NCBI GenBank assembly: GCA_963850695.1 | Contig: CAWKMJ010000001.1 | Location: 931,578 to 995,577, forward strand | Direction of reading: 5' to 3' | DNA: 64,000 nt | Source of the DNA: an uncultured Actinomycetes bacterium | GTDB lineage: Bacteria > Actinomycetota > Coriobacteriia > Anaerosomatales > CAWKMJ01 | Part shown: piece after piece, positions 50,656 through 60,988 of the stretch | Position numbering within the stretch: position 1 is the stretch's first letter | Layout of the letters: each line of letters starts with the position of its first letter | Translations under genes and position numbers: made by a program | Notes under the pieces: generated by a model | What the model saw: the letters and a program-made list of their open reading frames with translations, nothing else | Databases searched by the model: none | What the model was told of the DNA's origin: nothing

Positions 50656-51553
50656 TCAGTCGCCTTCCGGTTGGAACGTGCGTCCCGTGATCGTCTCGTA
50701 GGCCTCGATGTAGCGCTTGCTGGTGCCTTCGATGACGTCGGCGGGCAGCTCGGGCGGCGGCGGGTGTCTTGTCCCAACCGCTGCTCGCTGAGCCAGTCGC
50801 GCACGTACTGCTTGTCGAAGCTGGGCTGCCCGCGTCCGGGCTCGTACTCGTCCATGGGCCAGAACCGGCTCGAGTCCGGCGTGAGGACCTCGTCGATGAG
50901 CGTGACCTGGCCGTCGACGACGCCGAACTCGAACTTGGTGTCCGCGATGATGATGCCGCGTGCTGGCGGCATGCTCGCGCGCCTGCGAGTACAGCGCGAT
51001 CGAGGCGTTCCTGAGCGCCTCGGCAGATGTCTCGCCGATGATGTCGACCATCTGCTCGAAGCTGATGTTCTCGTCGTGATCGCCGATCTCGGCCTTGGTC
51101 GAGGGCGTGAAGATCGGCTCCTCGAGCTTGGCTGATTCGAGCAGGCCGTCGGGAAGCTCGATGCCGCAGATGGTGCCATCGGCCTGGTACTCCTTCCAGC
51201 CCGAACCGGCGACGTAGCCCCGCACGATGCACTCGACCGGGAAGACCTCGGCCTTCTTGACGATCATCGAGCGTCCGCGCAGGTAGTCCGCGTGCGGCGC
51301 GAACTCCTCGGGCAGTGTCGCGACGTCGCTCGAGATGAAGTGGTTGGGCACGACATCGCCGAGCAGATCGAACCAGAACAGCGAGAGCTTGGTGAGCACC
51401 TCGCCCTTGTACGGGAATCGGCTGGTCAAGCACTACGTCGAAGGCGCTGATGCGATCCGATGCGACGAGAAGCAGCCTGTCTCCGAGGTCGTAGATGTCG
51501 CGCACTTTGCCCTGGGTATCCGGGCTCAGGCCCTGCGGCTCGACCACGGGCAT
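50656..51553 (-). pseudogene. purC: phosphoribosylaminoimidazole-succinocarboxamide synthase; about 4 frame breaks
   Basis: ATG at 51553 ([39 protein letters not shown]), then YKGEVLT..ECIVRGY.. (50656..51429), then [34 protein letters not shown] (50229..51179). Confidence 0.9.
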
Positions 51554-51751
51554 ACGGCTCCTTCCGGGGTGTTGGCGAAAGGACCGGCGGCGCCCGTGGG
51601 ATAGGGTGGCTGTGAGAAGCTCCGCGTCGCCGTCATTGTAGGTCAAAGAGTGTTTCGGTTGTAGGTCGGGAATGAGGCCGTGTGACGGGCCTGTGGCCGT
51701 GCGCGTGAGACTGCGTGTGGCCGGTGGCAGGGGCGGGCAACCCGTCCCACA

Positions 51752-51760
51752 TGGTAAAAT
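51752..51760 (+). promoter_or_regulatory. candidate extended -10 promoter (TGgTAAAAT) for panD
   Basis: caTGgTAAAATggg lies about 65 nt upstream of the panD ATG (51825), which is preceded by GAAGGAG. Confidence 0.35.
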
Positions 51761-51824
51761 GGGTGTGCACCTGTAGGATCCGACCTGCGGACGACGGCGG
51801 GCGGGTACCGAGAAGGAGTAGCAC

Positions 51825-52212
51825 ATGCGCCGGACCATGCTCGGTGGCAAGATTCATCGCGCCACCGTCACCCAGGCAGAACTCGAGTACGAGGGCAGCA
51901 TCACTGTTGACCTCGATCTTCTCAACGCTGCCGATATCCTCCCCAACCAGCACGTCCACGTGTGGGACGTGACCAATGGGGCACGCTTCGAGACCTACAC
52001 GCTCGCAGGCGAGCGCGGCTCCGGTGTCGTGTGCGTCAACGGGGCAGCAGCCCACATGGTCGATGTCGGCGACCTCGTGATCATCGCGAGCTTCGTCGAA
52101 CTCGAGGATGCCGAGGCGCAGCGCTGGCAGCCCCACGCGGTCTTCGTCGATGGTGACAACCGCGTCAGAGGAGCTGCGCGCCGAGGAGCTGCCCGAGGCA
52201 CTCCGGGGCTAG
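51825..52212 (+). pseudogene. panD: aspartate 1-decarboxylase; one frame break near 52165
   Basis: [29 protein letters not shown] (pyruvoyl G-S site) ..[22 protein letters not shown]... A 1-nt correction gives ..[20 protein letters not shown] with a TAG at 52210-12. Confidence 0.85.
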
Positions 52213-52337
52213 CGGCCGACGCCATCTCCGTGTGCCTGGCTCAGGTCCGCGAGCGCTCCCTCTTCTGTGAGTTCGCGCACTACGCTGAGCCAGGCCGCTG
52301 CGCTATCATCTTCTGGGGCGACAAGGGAGGAACACGT

Positions 52338-52869
52338 ATGCCCGAAGAGGCCGTATGTCCCACGTGCAGATGCACCGTGGTCGTCACGCAGCAGGGAACG
52401 TGTCCGATGGGACACCCGATCGATGCTGCCGCCGTGAAAGCAGCGTCGCAACAGCCCGCACCTGCACCTGCGCCCGCACCCGAGGCGGCTGCACCGGCAG
52501 CAGCAGCAGCGCGGCAGCCGGCAGCAGGAGCAGCCGCAGCTCCTCAGCAGGCTCCGGCACCGTCAGCGTTCGAGGCCCAGACGATAGCGGATCCGTTCGC
52601 AGCTCCGGGAGCACAGCAGCCCCAGGACCCCGCAGTCCCGACGGGCGACACATCGACGCTACCGCCCGCCGGGCGAATCCGACTTCTTGTCGGGCCCTGC
52701 CCCGAGCCCACAGCAGCGCAGAAGCCCAAGCGCAAGACGAGTCCAGTGTTCGTCATCTTGCTGGTGCTCATCCTGATCCTGGTCGTGGTTGCCGCTGTGA
52801 TCGTCGTGTTCTTCCCCGAGATGATCGGGCTCGCGATGGCCGTCCCTGCTGCTCGCGGCCGTCACCTAG
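52338..52869 (+). CDS. Cys-rich (zinc-ribbon-like) / Pro-Ala-rich / single-TM protein, hypothetical (3' end uncertain)
   Basis: ATG at 52338 follows [33 protein letters not shown], a long [11 protein letters not shown] linker, and TM helix [23 protein letters not shown]. The listed ORF tail overlaps the convergent gene and is probably spurious. Confidence 0.45.
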
Positions 52870-52880
52870 GCGCACCGGGG

Positions 52881-53103
52881 CTAGAAGATCTTCCAGCCGT
52901 TGTAGAGGATCAGCGCGAGCAGTCCGTGCGCCCGCGGTCAGGGCGACGATCGCGTAGGCGGTCCACCTGTGGACCTTCATGTGGGTGCGGCCCTTGAACT
53001 TGATCACGCGCAACCCGACAAGCAGCTCGAACACGAGCATGGCGAACACGACGATGCCCCCGTACATGATGGGCGACCAGCCCAGCTGGATTCCGAAGAT
53101 CAT
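52881..53103 (-). pseudogene. small 2-TM membrane protein, hypothetical; one frame break
   Basis: [59 protein letters not shown], then after a shift [15 protein letters not shown]. The span is 223 nt, not a multiple of 3. Confidence 0.5.
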
Positions 53104-53215
53104 CGTCGCACCTCTCGCCTGTGTCTCATGCGCCTCTGAGTGCCTCGAGCTGCAGTAGCGCACTCTTCAGGCCCCGCCGCTCTGTTCTCATCTATGGTAC
53201 CCGCCTCTGACAACG

Positions 53216-53244
53216 AGAAGGCCCGCGATCTCCGCGGACCTTCT
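53216..53244 (-). terminator. long GC hairpin downstream of the two-component operon
   Basis: AGAAGGCCCGCG-atctc-CGCGGACCTTCT is a 12-bp stem with one mismatch. It has a poor T-tract, so the terminator role is tentative. Confidence 0.4.
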
Positions 53245-53308
53245 CTTCACGTGTGCCCCTGATGAGCGGAGCTTGAGCTGGTCTTCTCACTTGAAGACAT
53301 CACTCTGT

Positions 53309-53794
53309 CTAGAACGTACCCCAGACGGGGCATCTCGCACCGTTCCGTGCATCCTCGGGCGCGATCTGACCCTCCTCGAGTTCGAGTTCCTCAGGGTCTA
53401 TCGGGTTGCCCTCTTCGTCGAAGAGGCGCGGGCCCTCATCGCCCCAGAACGGGTGCCCGCCCTTGAAACCACCTCGGGGACCAGGCATCATGCCTCGGCG
53501 ACCCTTCATGTACTCGTCGTCCCACTCGCCTTCGTCGCATTCGCCCATCCCGGGACCTCGCATGCCCGGGCCGCGTTCACTCGGGTGACCGAACATGGGA
53601 CCGTGTCCCTCAGACTCCTCGGCCATGCCCATCGCCGGGTGAGGCCCACCGTGGACGAACCCGGGCCCACCTGCCACTGCTCGGGCCGCCATGGTCGTCA
53701 TGGCGATCCCCACCGTCGCGGTCATCGCGCCCAGAATGAACGCTCCCACGAGTCCGAAGGCGATCAGGAGCGCGGTCTTGCTCTGCTTGTCCAT
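53309..53794 (-). CDS. membrane-anchored Gly/Pro/His/Met-rich protein, hypothetical (possible metal-binding or envelope-stress protein)
   Basis: 161 aa, intact. TM helix TALLIAFGLVGAFILGAMTATVGIAM, then HGGPHPAMGMAEESEGHGPMFGHPSERGPGMRGPGMGECDEGEWDDE... It is the last gene of the RR-HK operon. Confidence 0.55.
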   Translation of the reverse strand: MDKQSKTALLIAFGLVGAFILGAMTATVGIAMTTMAARAVAGGPGFVHGGPHPAMGMAEESEGHGPMFGHPSERGPGMRGPGMGECDEGEWDDEYMKGRRGMMPGPRGGFKGGHPFWGDEGPRLFDEEGNPIDPEELELEEGQIAPEDARNGARCPVWGTF

Positions 53795-53899
53795 GGGTCA
53801 TGAGTCCCTCTCATTGCGTTTGTGTCATGACGACAGCATGGCAGCCGCAGCATGAAGTGGCCGTGGCACGCGGGTGAAGGTTGTGTGAGAGACGCCGAG

Positions 53900-55293
53900 C
53901 TAGGGCGTGTGCAGCGGCAGATGGATGGCGAACACGCTGCCACCACCCTCGCGGCGCTTGACCGAGACGTAGCCGTGATGGCGCTCGACGATCTCCTTGA
54001 CGATCGAGAGCCCGATGCCGAGCCCGCCACCGGTCGCCCGGTCGCGGGCGTCATCGGCGCGCCAGAAGCGAGCGAAGACGCTGTCGATGTCCTCGGCCGA
54101 GATCCCGATCCCGGTGTCTGCGACCTCGATCACGGCCTGCTCGCTCTCTCTCGAGAGGCGCACGGTCACGTGACCTCCCTCGGGGGTGTAGCGAGCCGCG
54201 TTCGACAGCAGATTGCCGACAGCCTGCGTGAGCCGGTCTGCGGTCACCAGTGACCCAGACGCCGTCGGCAAGGTCGACCGAAAGCGTGAGTCCGGTCGCC
54301 TCCATGAGCGCGTTGTGCGAGTCCACCGCTGTGGCCACCGGAACAGCAAGATCCACGCGCTCCGACTCGAACTCGATGTTGCCGCGCTCAAGCCGCGTGA
54401 GCTCGAGGATCCCGTGAGCAAGACGCGAGAGGCGCATCGTCTCGTCCCGCACGATCCCCAGATGCTCCTCGTCGGCGGGCATGACGCCGTCCTGCATCGC
54501 CTCGACTGTGGCCTGGATGGCCTGCAGCGGGGTGCGCAGCTCGTGGGCCACATCCGCGGTAAGGCGCCGCTCGAGTTCCCGATCGGCCTCGATCGCATCG
54601 GCCATCTCATCGAACGTCCTGCCAAGGACCCCGATCGCGTCATCGCCCTCGAGACCCGTGCGCACATGGCGGTCACCGGAGCGCATCGCCGATGCGGTCG
54701 CTGTGATCTGGTCGATGGGCTTGACCAGCGATCTCGCGAAGATCGTGCCGGCAGCCGAGGCGAGCAGTACCGCGACGATCGCGGCCACGAGGAGGCCGGC
54801 GAAGCTCGACTTCTGGAAGCGCACGTCGTTGTCGGAGAGCAGACTGCCCGGGGAGAGCGACCACACGCGTACGATGCCGACGACCTCATCGCCAACGACA
54901 ACAGGGGATGTGACGACCGGTCCCTCGGGCTGCCGGTATCCGCCCGCCGGCTCGCCCATATCTCCGCGCATGAAGCGGCCGTGGAACGATGTCGTCGTAG
55001 ATGATGCCCCCGTCGGCGGTCTGAACCTGCAGACCGAGACCGCTCATCATCCCCAAACGGGGCAGCTGGGAGAACGAGTCCGTCGTCCAGCAGTTGCCGC
55101 ATTCGATGAACGAAGACGCGAGCAGATGGGAAGCCCCATCGGCGGTCTCCTGCATGCCCTCGCGGACATACGTGTCGAACTGGCGGTTCCAGACGTTGGC
55201 GAGGATGACGGCGGCAAGCAGCGCGGTGATCGCGGCGACAGCCGCGAAAGCGAGAGCAAGTCTGCGGCTCAGACTGCCGCGCGCCGGGGCCAT
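53900..55293 (-). pseudogene. sensor histidine kinase (2 TM, HAMP, HisKA, HATPase_c); two frame breaks
   Basis: Fragments 54886..55293, 54051..54971 and 53900..55102. H-box ADVAHELRTPL, N-box NLLSNAARYTP, G-boxes DTGIGI and GGGLGIGLSIV. Confidence 0.85.
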
Positions 55294-55296
55294 GGA

Positions 55297-56003
55297 CTAC
55301 TCCTCGTCCGCCGGCGCCTCGAAGCGGTAGCCTACGCCGTGCACGGTGTAGATGTACTGCGGGTCCTTGGGATCATCGCCGAGCTTGGCGCGAAGGTTCT
55401 TCACGTGGCTGTCGATGGTGCGCTCATAGCCGACGAAGTCATAGCCGAGCACCTTCTCGACCAGCTCCATGCGGGAGTACACGCGTCCGGGATAGCGTGC
55501 AAGTGTGGCCAGCAGCTTGAACTCGCTCGCGGTCAGATCGACATCGTCGCCGTCGACGCGCACCTTGTGCCCGGCCGAGTCGATCTCGAGATCGCCGTAC
55601 TGCAGGCTGATCGCGCTGGGGCTCCTCGCTCACGTTGCGCGCGCCGCAGCAGCGCGCGGACTCGAGCAACAAGTTCGCGCGGGGAGAACGGCTTGACGAG
55701 ATAGTCGTCGGCGCCAAGCTCCAGACCTGCGACGCGGTCCTCGAGCTCTCCCTTGGCAGTGAGCATGATGATCGGCACGTCAGAGCTCTCACGGATCGTC
55801 TGGCAGACCTCCTCACCGGAGGCCTTGGGAAGCATGAGGTCGAGCACGACCACGTCGAACTGGTGCTTGTCGAACTCGTCAATGGCGGCAATGCCATCGG
55901 CAGCGGCCGTGACCCAGTAGCCCTCTTTCTCGAGGTAGGCGCAGACCGCCTCCCGAATGGCCTTCTCGTCCTCTACGACGAGGATTCGGCGCGTCGCCGT
56001 CAT
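55297..56003 (-). pseudogene. OmpR/PhoB-family response regulator; one frame break near 55620
   Basis: Receiver domain ILVVEDE..VVVLDLMLP..IIMLTAKG..DDYLVKPF (55533..56003). Winged helix LTASEFKLLATLARYPGRVYSR..TIDSHVKNLRAKL..IYTVHGVGYRF (55297..55563). Confidence 0.85.
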
Positions 56004-56193
56004 CGTGCCCTCCTAGCAGTGGCCCGAGCCTCTCGGCCGAGCGTTGTCTCGTGGACTTCTGGGGAGGTCAGGACCGGCTGTCGTGACGACCCGCAGTGGC
56101 ACTGTCACAGAGCAAAGTGTAGCCCTCACCGGCTCGTTCCCTCACTAATCCACGGAATCTCCATGGGCGCTGAGCGCGGCCTCTGAGCCGCGT

Positions 56194-57030
56194 TCAGCCG
56201 ACTCTGAGCGCGTCTGCGAGGGTGCTCGGGAAGACCCTGCTCGCGCATCGCGGCGAGCACGGCTTCGATGTCGTACTCCACGCGATGCTCGATCACGCCG
56301 AGCCAGAGTGTCCGTCGTGCCGACAGCGGCAGTCGCAGCATCATCGCGGGACGGCCGCAGCGGACCTCGTCCTCGCTGCCCATCACGAGCTCGACCCAGC
56401 CCGCGCGCGCATCGCCGTCCTTGGGCTTGCCGACCGAACCGGAGGACACGAAGTGGATGGTCCCGGCATCGGCGGCACCCTGCACGCCGCGGCTCTCATC
56501 GGCGACCGCGGGGAACGAGCGATGGTACGGGATGTGGATGTGCCCGTGACAGACGACGTCGGCGCGAGCTTCCTCGGCAAGTCGTGCGAGCTGCTTCTCG
56601 CTGCGATCGAGCAGCAGGTACTCGTTGATCTTGCGAGGGCTGCCGTGGACAAGCAGGATGCGCGCATCGCCCTCGGCAGCTGGATCTGGGGTTCGACGCG
56701 AGGCAGCCATGTCGGCAGAGTCCTCGATCGAGCTCGAGCTCGGTGAAGTCGTAGGAGCGCTCGCCGTCGTCGCGCGCCTGGTCGGTGGCGTAGTAGCAGC
56801 CGCAGCTCGCCGGCGCGAGGAGCCACGCCCTCGTCGTAGTTGCCCTGGATGGTGAGGTCGCCCGAGTCGCGAACGCGCTCGACGACGCCGACGGGGTCGG
56901 GCCCGTAGCCGATCAGGTCGCCGAGGCAGTAGCGCTCGGCGATGCCGCGCTGCGTCGATATCTGCGTAGACGGCCTCGAGCGCGCGGGAACGTTGCCGTG
57001 GATGTCCGAGTAGAGCGCGACGCGGCGCAC
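56194..57030 (-). pseudogene. metallophosphoesterase-family protein (YfcE/Metallophos_2-like); several frame breaks
   Basis: GTG at 57030. Motifs DIHGN, GDLIGYGPDP, GNYD, LVHGSP, CHGHIH. Fragments 56383..57030 and 56126..56710. Corrected C-terminus ..GLPSTLADALRVG* with TGA at 56194-96. Confidence 0.75.
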
Positions 57031-57031
57031 G

Positions 57032-57476
57032 CTACTTGCCCCATCCCCACCCGAGCGTCATCACGACACCGACGATCGGCGAGGATCATGCCGAGCAGGC
57101 CGATCCCGCCGAGCAGGCCGCCTGCGACGACGCACACCGCCGCGACTGCGGCCATGACCGGACCGCGATGACCGCCGGATCCACGACGAACGGCCTCGCC
57201 AACGAGCGTCCCCCAGAAGAAGGAGATGATGAAGAACGTCCAGCCAAAGAGGCCGAGGAGCCATCCGCCGAGTACGCCGGCGAGAAGACCGAGGGCGGCG
57301 CCTCCGATGAACTGCTTGGGCTTGATGTAGATGTACTGGCTGCGCTTGGGCCTGCCATGCTCGGGACACTTGTACCCAACCGGCGTGTCGATCCACTCCT
57401 TGGGACAGATGGGCTTTCCGCAGGTGGTACAGGTGACGCCGGTCTCGACGTCTGGATGGTACGAGCACTGCGCCAT
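57032..57476 (-). pseudogene. B-box-like zinc-finger / 3-4 TM membrane protein, hypothetical; one frame break near 57090
   Basis: MAQCSYHPDVETGVTCTTCGKPICPKEWIDTPVGYKCPEHG followed by Gly-rich TM helices. Corrected C-terminus ..ILSPIVGVVMTLGWGWGK* with TAG at 57032-34. Confidence 0.55.
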
Positions 57477-57573
57477 GTGAGCCCTACCTCGCGGTCCTTC
57501 TCGGCTTCATGTCCTGATCGGCCGGTCCCGGCCGATGGCTGCGTCCTGCAGGGTGCATTGGCACCCGCACGAC

Positions 57574-58487
57574 CTACGCGAATGATAGCCGAGATGGAAC
57601 CGCGTCCCACAGGGTATCGGCCACAGGCGAGCGCGCGGCGTCGCGCAGACCCGGAGCGCTGGGCCCCTCGGCAGACATGGTCTCGAGCGTGGAGGCGAGG
57701 GACTCGTCGAACGGCACCTCTGCGACGAGATCCACTCCGCGCTCGGCACAGAGCGCCCTAACGCCCTCGCGACCCTCAGTCGAGAGATCGGCCTTGTTGA
57801 GCACGACGACGGATGCGATGGAGAACGAGTCGGCGAGATCGAGCAGGCGCGCCAGATCGTGTGCGCCGGAGACGGTAGGCTCTGTGACGGCTACGAGAAG
57901 GTCGGTATCGGCCAGCGCGGCGATCGTGGGACACCCGACGCCGGGCGGCCCGTCGATCAGGACGAGTCCGCCCCGGACTCGGCTGGCCGAGATCGAGGCC
58001 ATCTTGCGTACCTCGGTCACGAGCTTGCCCGAGAGGTCCTCGCCCGGGCGCGAGAGCGCCCCACGCGATGCTCCCGCCATCCCACGCGCCGAGACAGACG
58101 CTGCCAGCTCGCTCCCGACTCATCTCGATCGCGCCAGACGGGCAGCTCAGCGCGCACCGGCCGCATCCCTCGCATGCCCACGGGTCGACCTCGTAGCGCC
58201 GGAGCGCTCGAGGCGGTCTCGCACAGTGAGATCGCGTCGAACCTGCAAGCCTGCTCGCAGAGCCCACACTGCGTACACGCCGCAGGGTCGATACTCGCCG
58301 TCGGACCCCCTTGGAAGGCCACCCGCGTGGACTCGTGCGCATCGAGGGCGAGCGGCAGATTCGAGGCCTCGACATCGGCGTCTGCAAGCACCGTCTTCAC
58401 CGTGCTCGCGGCTCGAAGCGCCAGCAGCGCCGAGAGTGTGGTCTTGCCGGCCCCGCCTTTGCCTGAGGCGATCGCGATCGTCCTCAT
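57574..58487 (-). pseudogene. MinD/ParA-type P-loop ATPase with inserted 2x[4Fe-4S] ferredoxin domain (ORP-complex-like), copy 2; frame breaks
   Basis: The ATG at 58487 overlaps the upstream stop (ATGA). Walker A IASGKGGAGKTT. Ferredoxin motifs CTQCGLCEQACRFDAI and CEGCGRCALSCPSGAI. C-terminal half in ORF 57574..58080 (VLIDGPPGVGCP..VTEPTVSG.HDL..VVVLNKAD). Confidence 0.8.
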
Positions 58488-59407
58488 AGTGATTCTCCCG
58501 GCCATCTCGCGCGTTCCCACCCGGACGGGTGGGGTCGATGCGATAGCGCGCATCGCTGTGGCCACGTAGCCGAGCCACTCGGCCACCTGTGAGTGAGTCT
58601 GTGCAACGAGTTCGCCGCGGGCATAGGTCTCGGCGATCGAACGCTCGAAGGGGAGATGACCCACGACCGGCACGTCCCACTCATCGCAGAAGCGCTCGAT
58701 GTCGGTGGTGCCGGTCCCAGACCTGTTGACGAGCACGCCCATGGGAAGGCCCAGCGACAGGGTGAGCTCGGCGGCAAGCCGCAGGTCGTGCAGGCCGAAG
58801 ACGGTCGGCTCGGTGACGAGCAGCACTGCGTCAGCACCCCTGATTGACGCGACGGTCGAGCACGAGACCCCCGGCGGTGCATCGACGATGGTCAGTGCCG
58901 CTGCGCTCTCGCGTGCCTTGGAACGAGTGGCCCTGATGACCTCGGGTGCCTTGGTCTGTCCGATGTCCATGACGCCGGTGATCAGCGTCAGCTCCGGATA
59001 CGATGTCGTATCCGACGTGCGGACCTCACCTACACGGACGTCCGTTCTCGCCGATCGCCGAGGCGGGACACGCGAACGAGCACGCGCCACAGCCATGGCA
59101 GAGCTCATCGAATACGACCGCGCGTTCCCCAAGTACCCGTATCGCACCGAACGCGCACGTACGCGAGCAGATACCGCATGCAGTGCACGCGTCTCGGATC
59201 GACCACTGCAAGCGGCACCGAGACCTCGCTGACGTCAGTCGCGTGACCCGCCAAGAAGAGATGCGCGTTGGGTGCCTCCACATCGCAGTCGGCGAGAACG
59301 ACGGGTCCGGACGCGGCCTCGATGGCAGCTACGTTGGTCGCCACGAGCGTCTTGCCCGTACCGCCCTTTCCCGAGGCGATGGCCAGTGTGAAGGAGTCAG
59401 GGTGCAC
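58484..59407 (-). pseudogene. MinD/ParA-type P-loop ATPase with inserted 2x[4Fe-4S] ferredoxin domain (ORP-complex-like), copy 1; frame breaks
   Basis: GTG at 59407. Walker A IASGKGGTGKTL (59105..59407). Ferredoxin motifs CTACGICSRTCAFGAI and CHGCGACSFACPASAI (59026..59283). ..IVDAPPGVSC..VTEPTVFGLHDL..GVLVNRSG (58017..59147). Confidence 0.8.
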
Positions 59408-59416
59408 CGACGTGAC

Positions 59417-59796
59417 CTAGTGCCCGCCGCACACGTTGCGAGCGTCCATCTGCGGCAGCTGCCCGGAGGCGACGAGTCCGATCACATCGCCCACACCGGG
59501 CGTCACGTTGTCGAAGTACACCACGATCCCCACGTCGTTGAATCCGGCGAGCGGTCGCGCGCCCATGCCCGCCACGACGAGGGCTGTGACGTCGTGCCCC
59601 GCGAGCAGCTGCACCGGCTGCAAGACATCCGCCTTCCACATGCGGCGGGTTGTCGATCACCTCAACGGACATGATCTCGCCATCGGCGACATCCACGATC
59701 GTGAAGCAGTCGCACCTGCCAAAATGGCCCGACCTCTCGCTCTCGACGCCACCCTCGCCATTGGAGGGCACCGCCAGCCGTATGCGTCTCGCTCAT
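59417..59796 (-). pseudogene. NifX/NifB-like (MTH1175-type, dinitrogenase FeMo-cofactor-binding fold) protein, copy 2; frame breaks
   Basis: ..RLAVPSNGEGGVESERSGHFGRCDCFTIVDV.. (59397..59771) joins ..LQPVQLLAGHDVTALVVAGMGARPLAGFNDVGIVVY.. (59417..59641). The ATG at 59796 requires one further 1-nt correction. Confidence 0.7.
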
Positions 59797-59876
59797 CTGT
59801 GTCTCCGTTCTCTCCCTGTTCGACATCGTGCGGATGCTGCCCGGATCGCGCGAGCGGCCGGCCAGAGCATGGGCCG

Positions 59877-60241
59877 CTACTCCATGCCCTTGTGGGCTTC
59901 TGATTCGGCAAGGGGGCTCGAGCATTCCATCCTCAAAGGCCTGCACGGCCTCCCGCACCGTCATCCCTGCGCCCCGCGTATCCCTCGATGCCGACCATCG
60001 AGAGCGCGCGGTACGCCTTGGGCCCCAGGTGCCCGGTGATGACAGCCGCAGCCCCGCTGTTGGCGACAAGCTCGGCCGCACCGATCCCGGCACCCTGAAG
60101 CGCGTTGCTGTTCTCGGCGTTGTCGATACACTGCGCCGTCATCGTGCCGCAATCCACGATGAGGAGGTGGTCCGCCCGGCCGAACCTCTCATCGACCGGG
60201 TCGTCCACTGCGGTGCCGAGTGTGGACACCGCGACCTTCAT
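59877..60241 (-). pseudogene. NifX/NifB-like (MTH1175-type) protein, copy 1; frame breaks near the 3' end
   Basis: ATG at 60241 follows GAGGTGG. MKVAVSTLGTAVDDPVDERFGRADHLLIVD..GAGIGAAELVANSGAAAVITGHLGPKAYRAL... Corrected tail ..GMTVREAVQAFEDGMLEPLAESEAHKGME* with TAG at 59877-79. Confidence 0.7.
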
Positions 60242-60439
60242 CGCAACCACCTCGCGCGGGTGCGCAGCCGCCGGCCCAGACCGCGGCCGCCTCCCCGGAG
60301 GAAGCGAGGCTGACCTTGCTCGGTCAAGCGGGCTTCGACCGCTCCATCGTCTGCGGTGGACGACGCATCGGCCACGCCCTCTCCCCGTCATCGCGCCCTC
60401 GGCCCGTGGGACCTCGTCCATCCATTCCAGGCATATCGC

Positions 60440-60988
60440 TCACTCCTTCCCGTTCTCTGATGCTTGGCTCTGGCTCTTGACGCCCTTCCGGGCGCTAGCC
60501 AAGGCGTCCGCAAGCTCCTCGGCGAGCAGGCCCGACAAGCGGACGCGCTCCTCGAGATGAGCGATCCAGTCCTCGGCGAGCTCGTAGCCGGCTGCGGTGA
60601 GCTGGTACTCCCTCTTCTGCGGACCGGAATCGCCGTCGACCCACGTCGAGGTCACGAACCCCTCTTCTTCCATACGCCTGAGCGTGCGGTAGAGACCGCC
60701 CGCATCGACGCTCACGACATCCTCGGTCATCTCGCTGATCGACTTGCGGAGGTCGTAGCCGTGCCCGCCTTCGCGAAGAAGCGCGGCGACGATCGCCGGT
60801 TCCACGAGTGCCCCGCGCCCAGCGCTCCCGCCGTGCCGGCGACTGTCGCAGCAGCGACGGCCGCCTCCGGGGCCTGCACGGCCACCTCTCTGGGCGTGCC
60901 TTTGAGTGCGCGCGGCCTTCTTGTCTTCGTGACGCCGGGCTCGAGCCTCATGGCGAGCCGCACGGCGCTGTCCTGTGACCTCAGTCAT
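60440..60988 (-). CDS. PadR-family transcriptional regulator with Arg/Gly/Cys/His-rich N-terminal extension
   Basis: 182 aa, intact. PadR core LVEPAIVAALLREGGHGYDLRKSI..GGLYRTLRRMEEEGFVTSTW.....REYQLTAAG. About 60 N-terminal residues are rich in R, G and H, with a CC pair. Confidence 0.75.
   Translation of the reverse strand: MTEVTGQRRAARHEARARRHEDKKAARTQRHAQRGGRAGPGGGRRCCDSRRHGGSAGRGALVEPAIVAALLREGGHGYDLRKSISEMTEDVVSVDAGGLYRTLRRMEEEGFVTSTWVDGDSGPQKREYQLTAAGYELAEDWIAHLEERVRLSGLLAEELADALASARKGVKSQSQASENGKE

Noticed and set aside
46567-51553. Programmed ribosomal frameshifting or genuine pseudogenisation of the purine pathway
   Set aside because: The breaks are numerous and scattered. They lack slippery heptamers or downstream structures. 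They hit unrelated essential genes alike, and corrected products are full length. Sequencing or assembly indels explain this far better.
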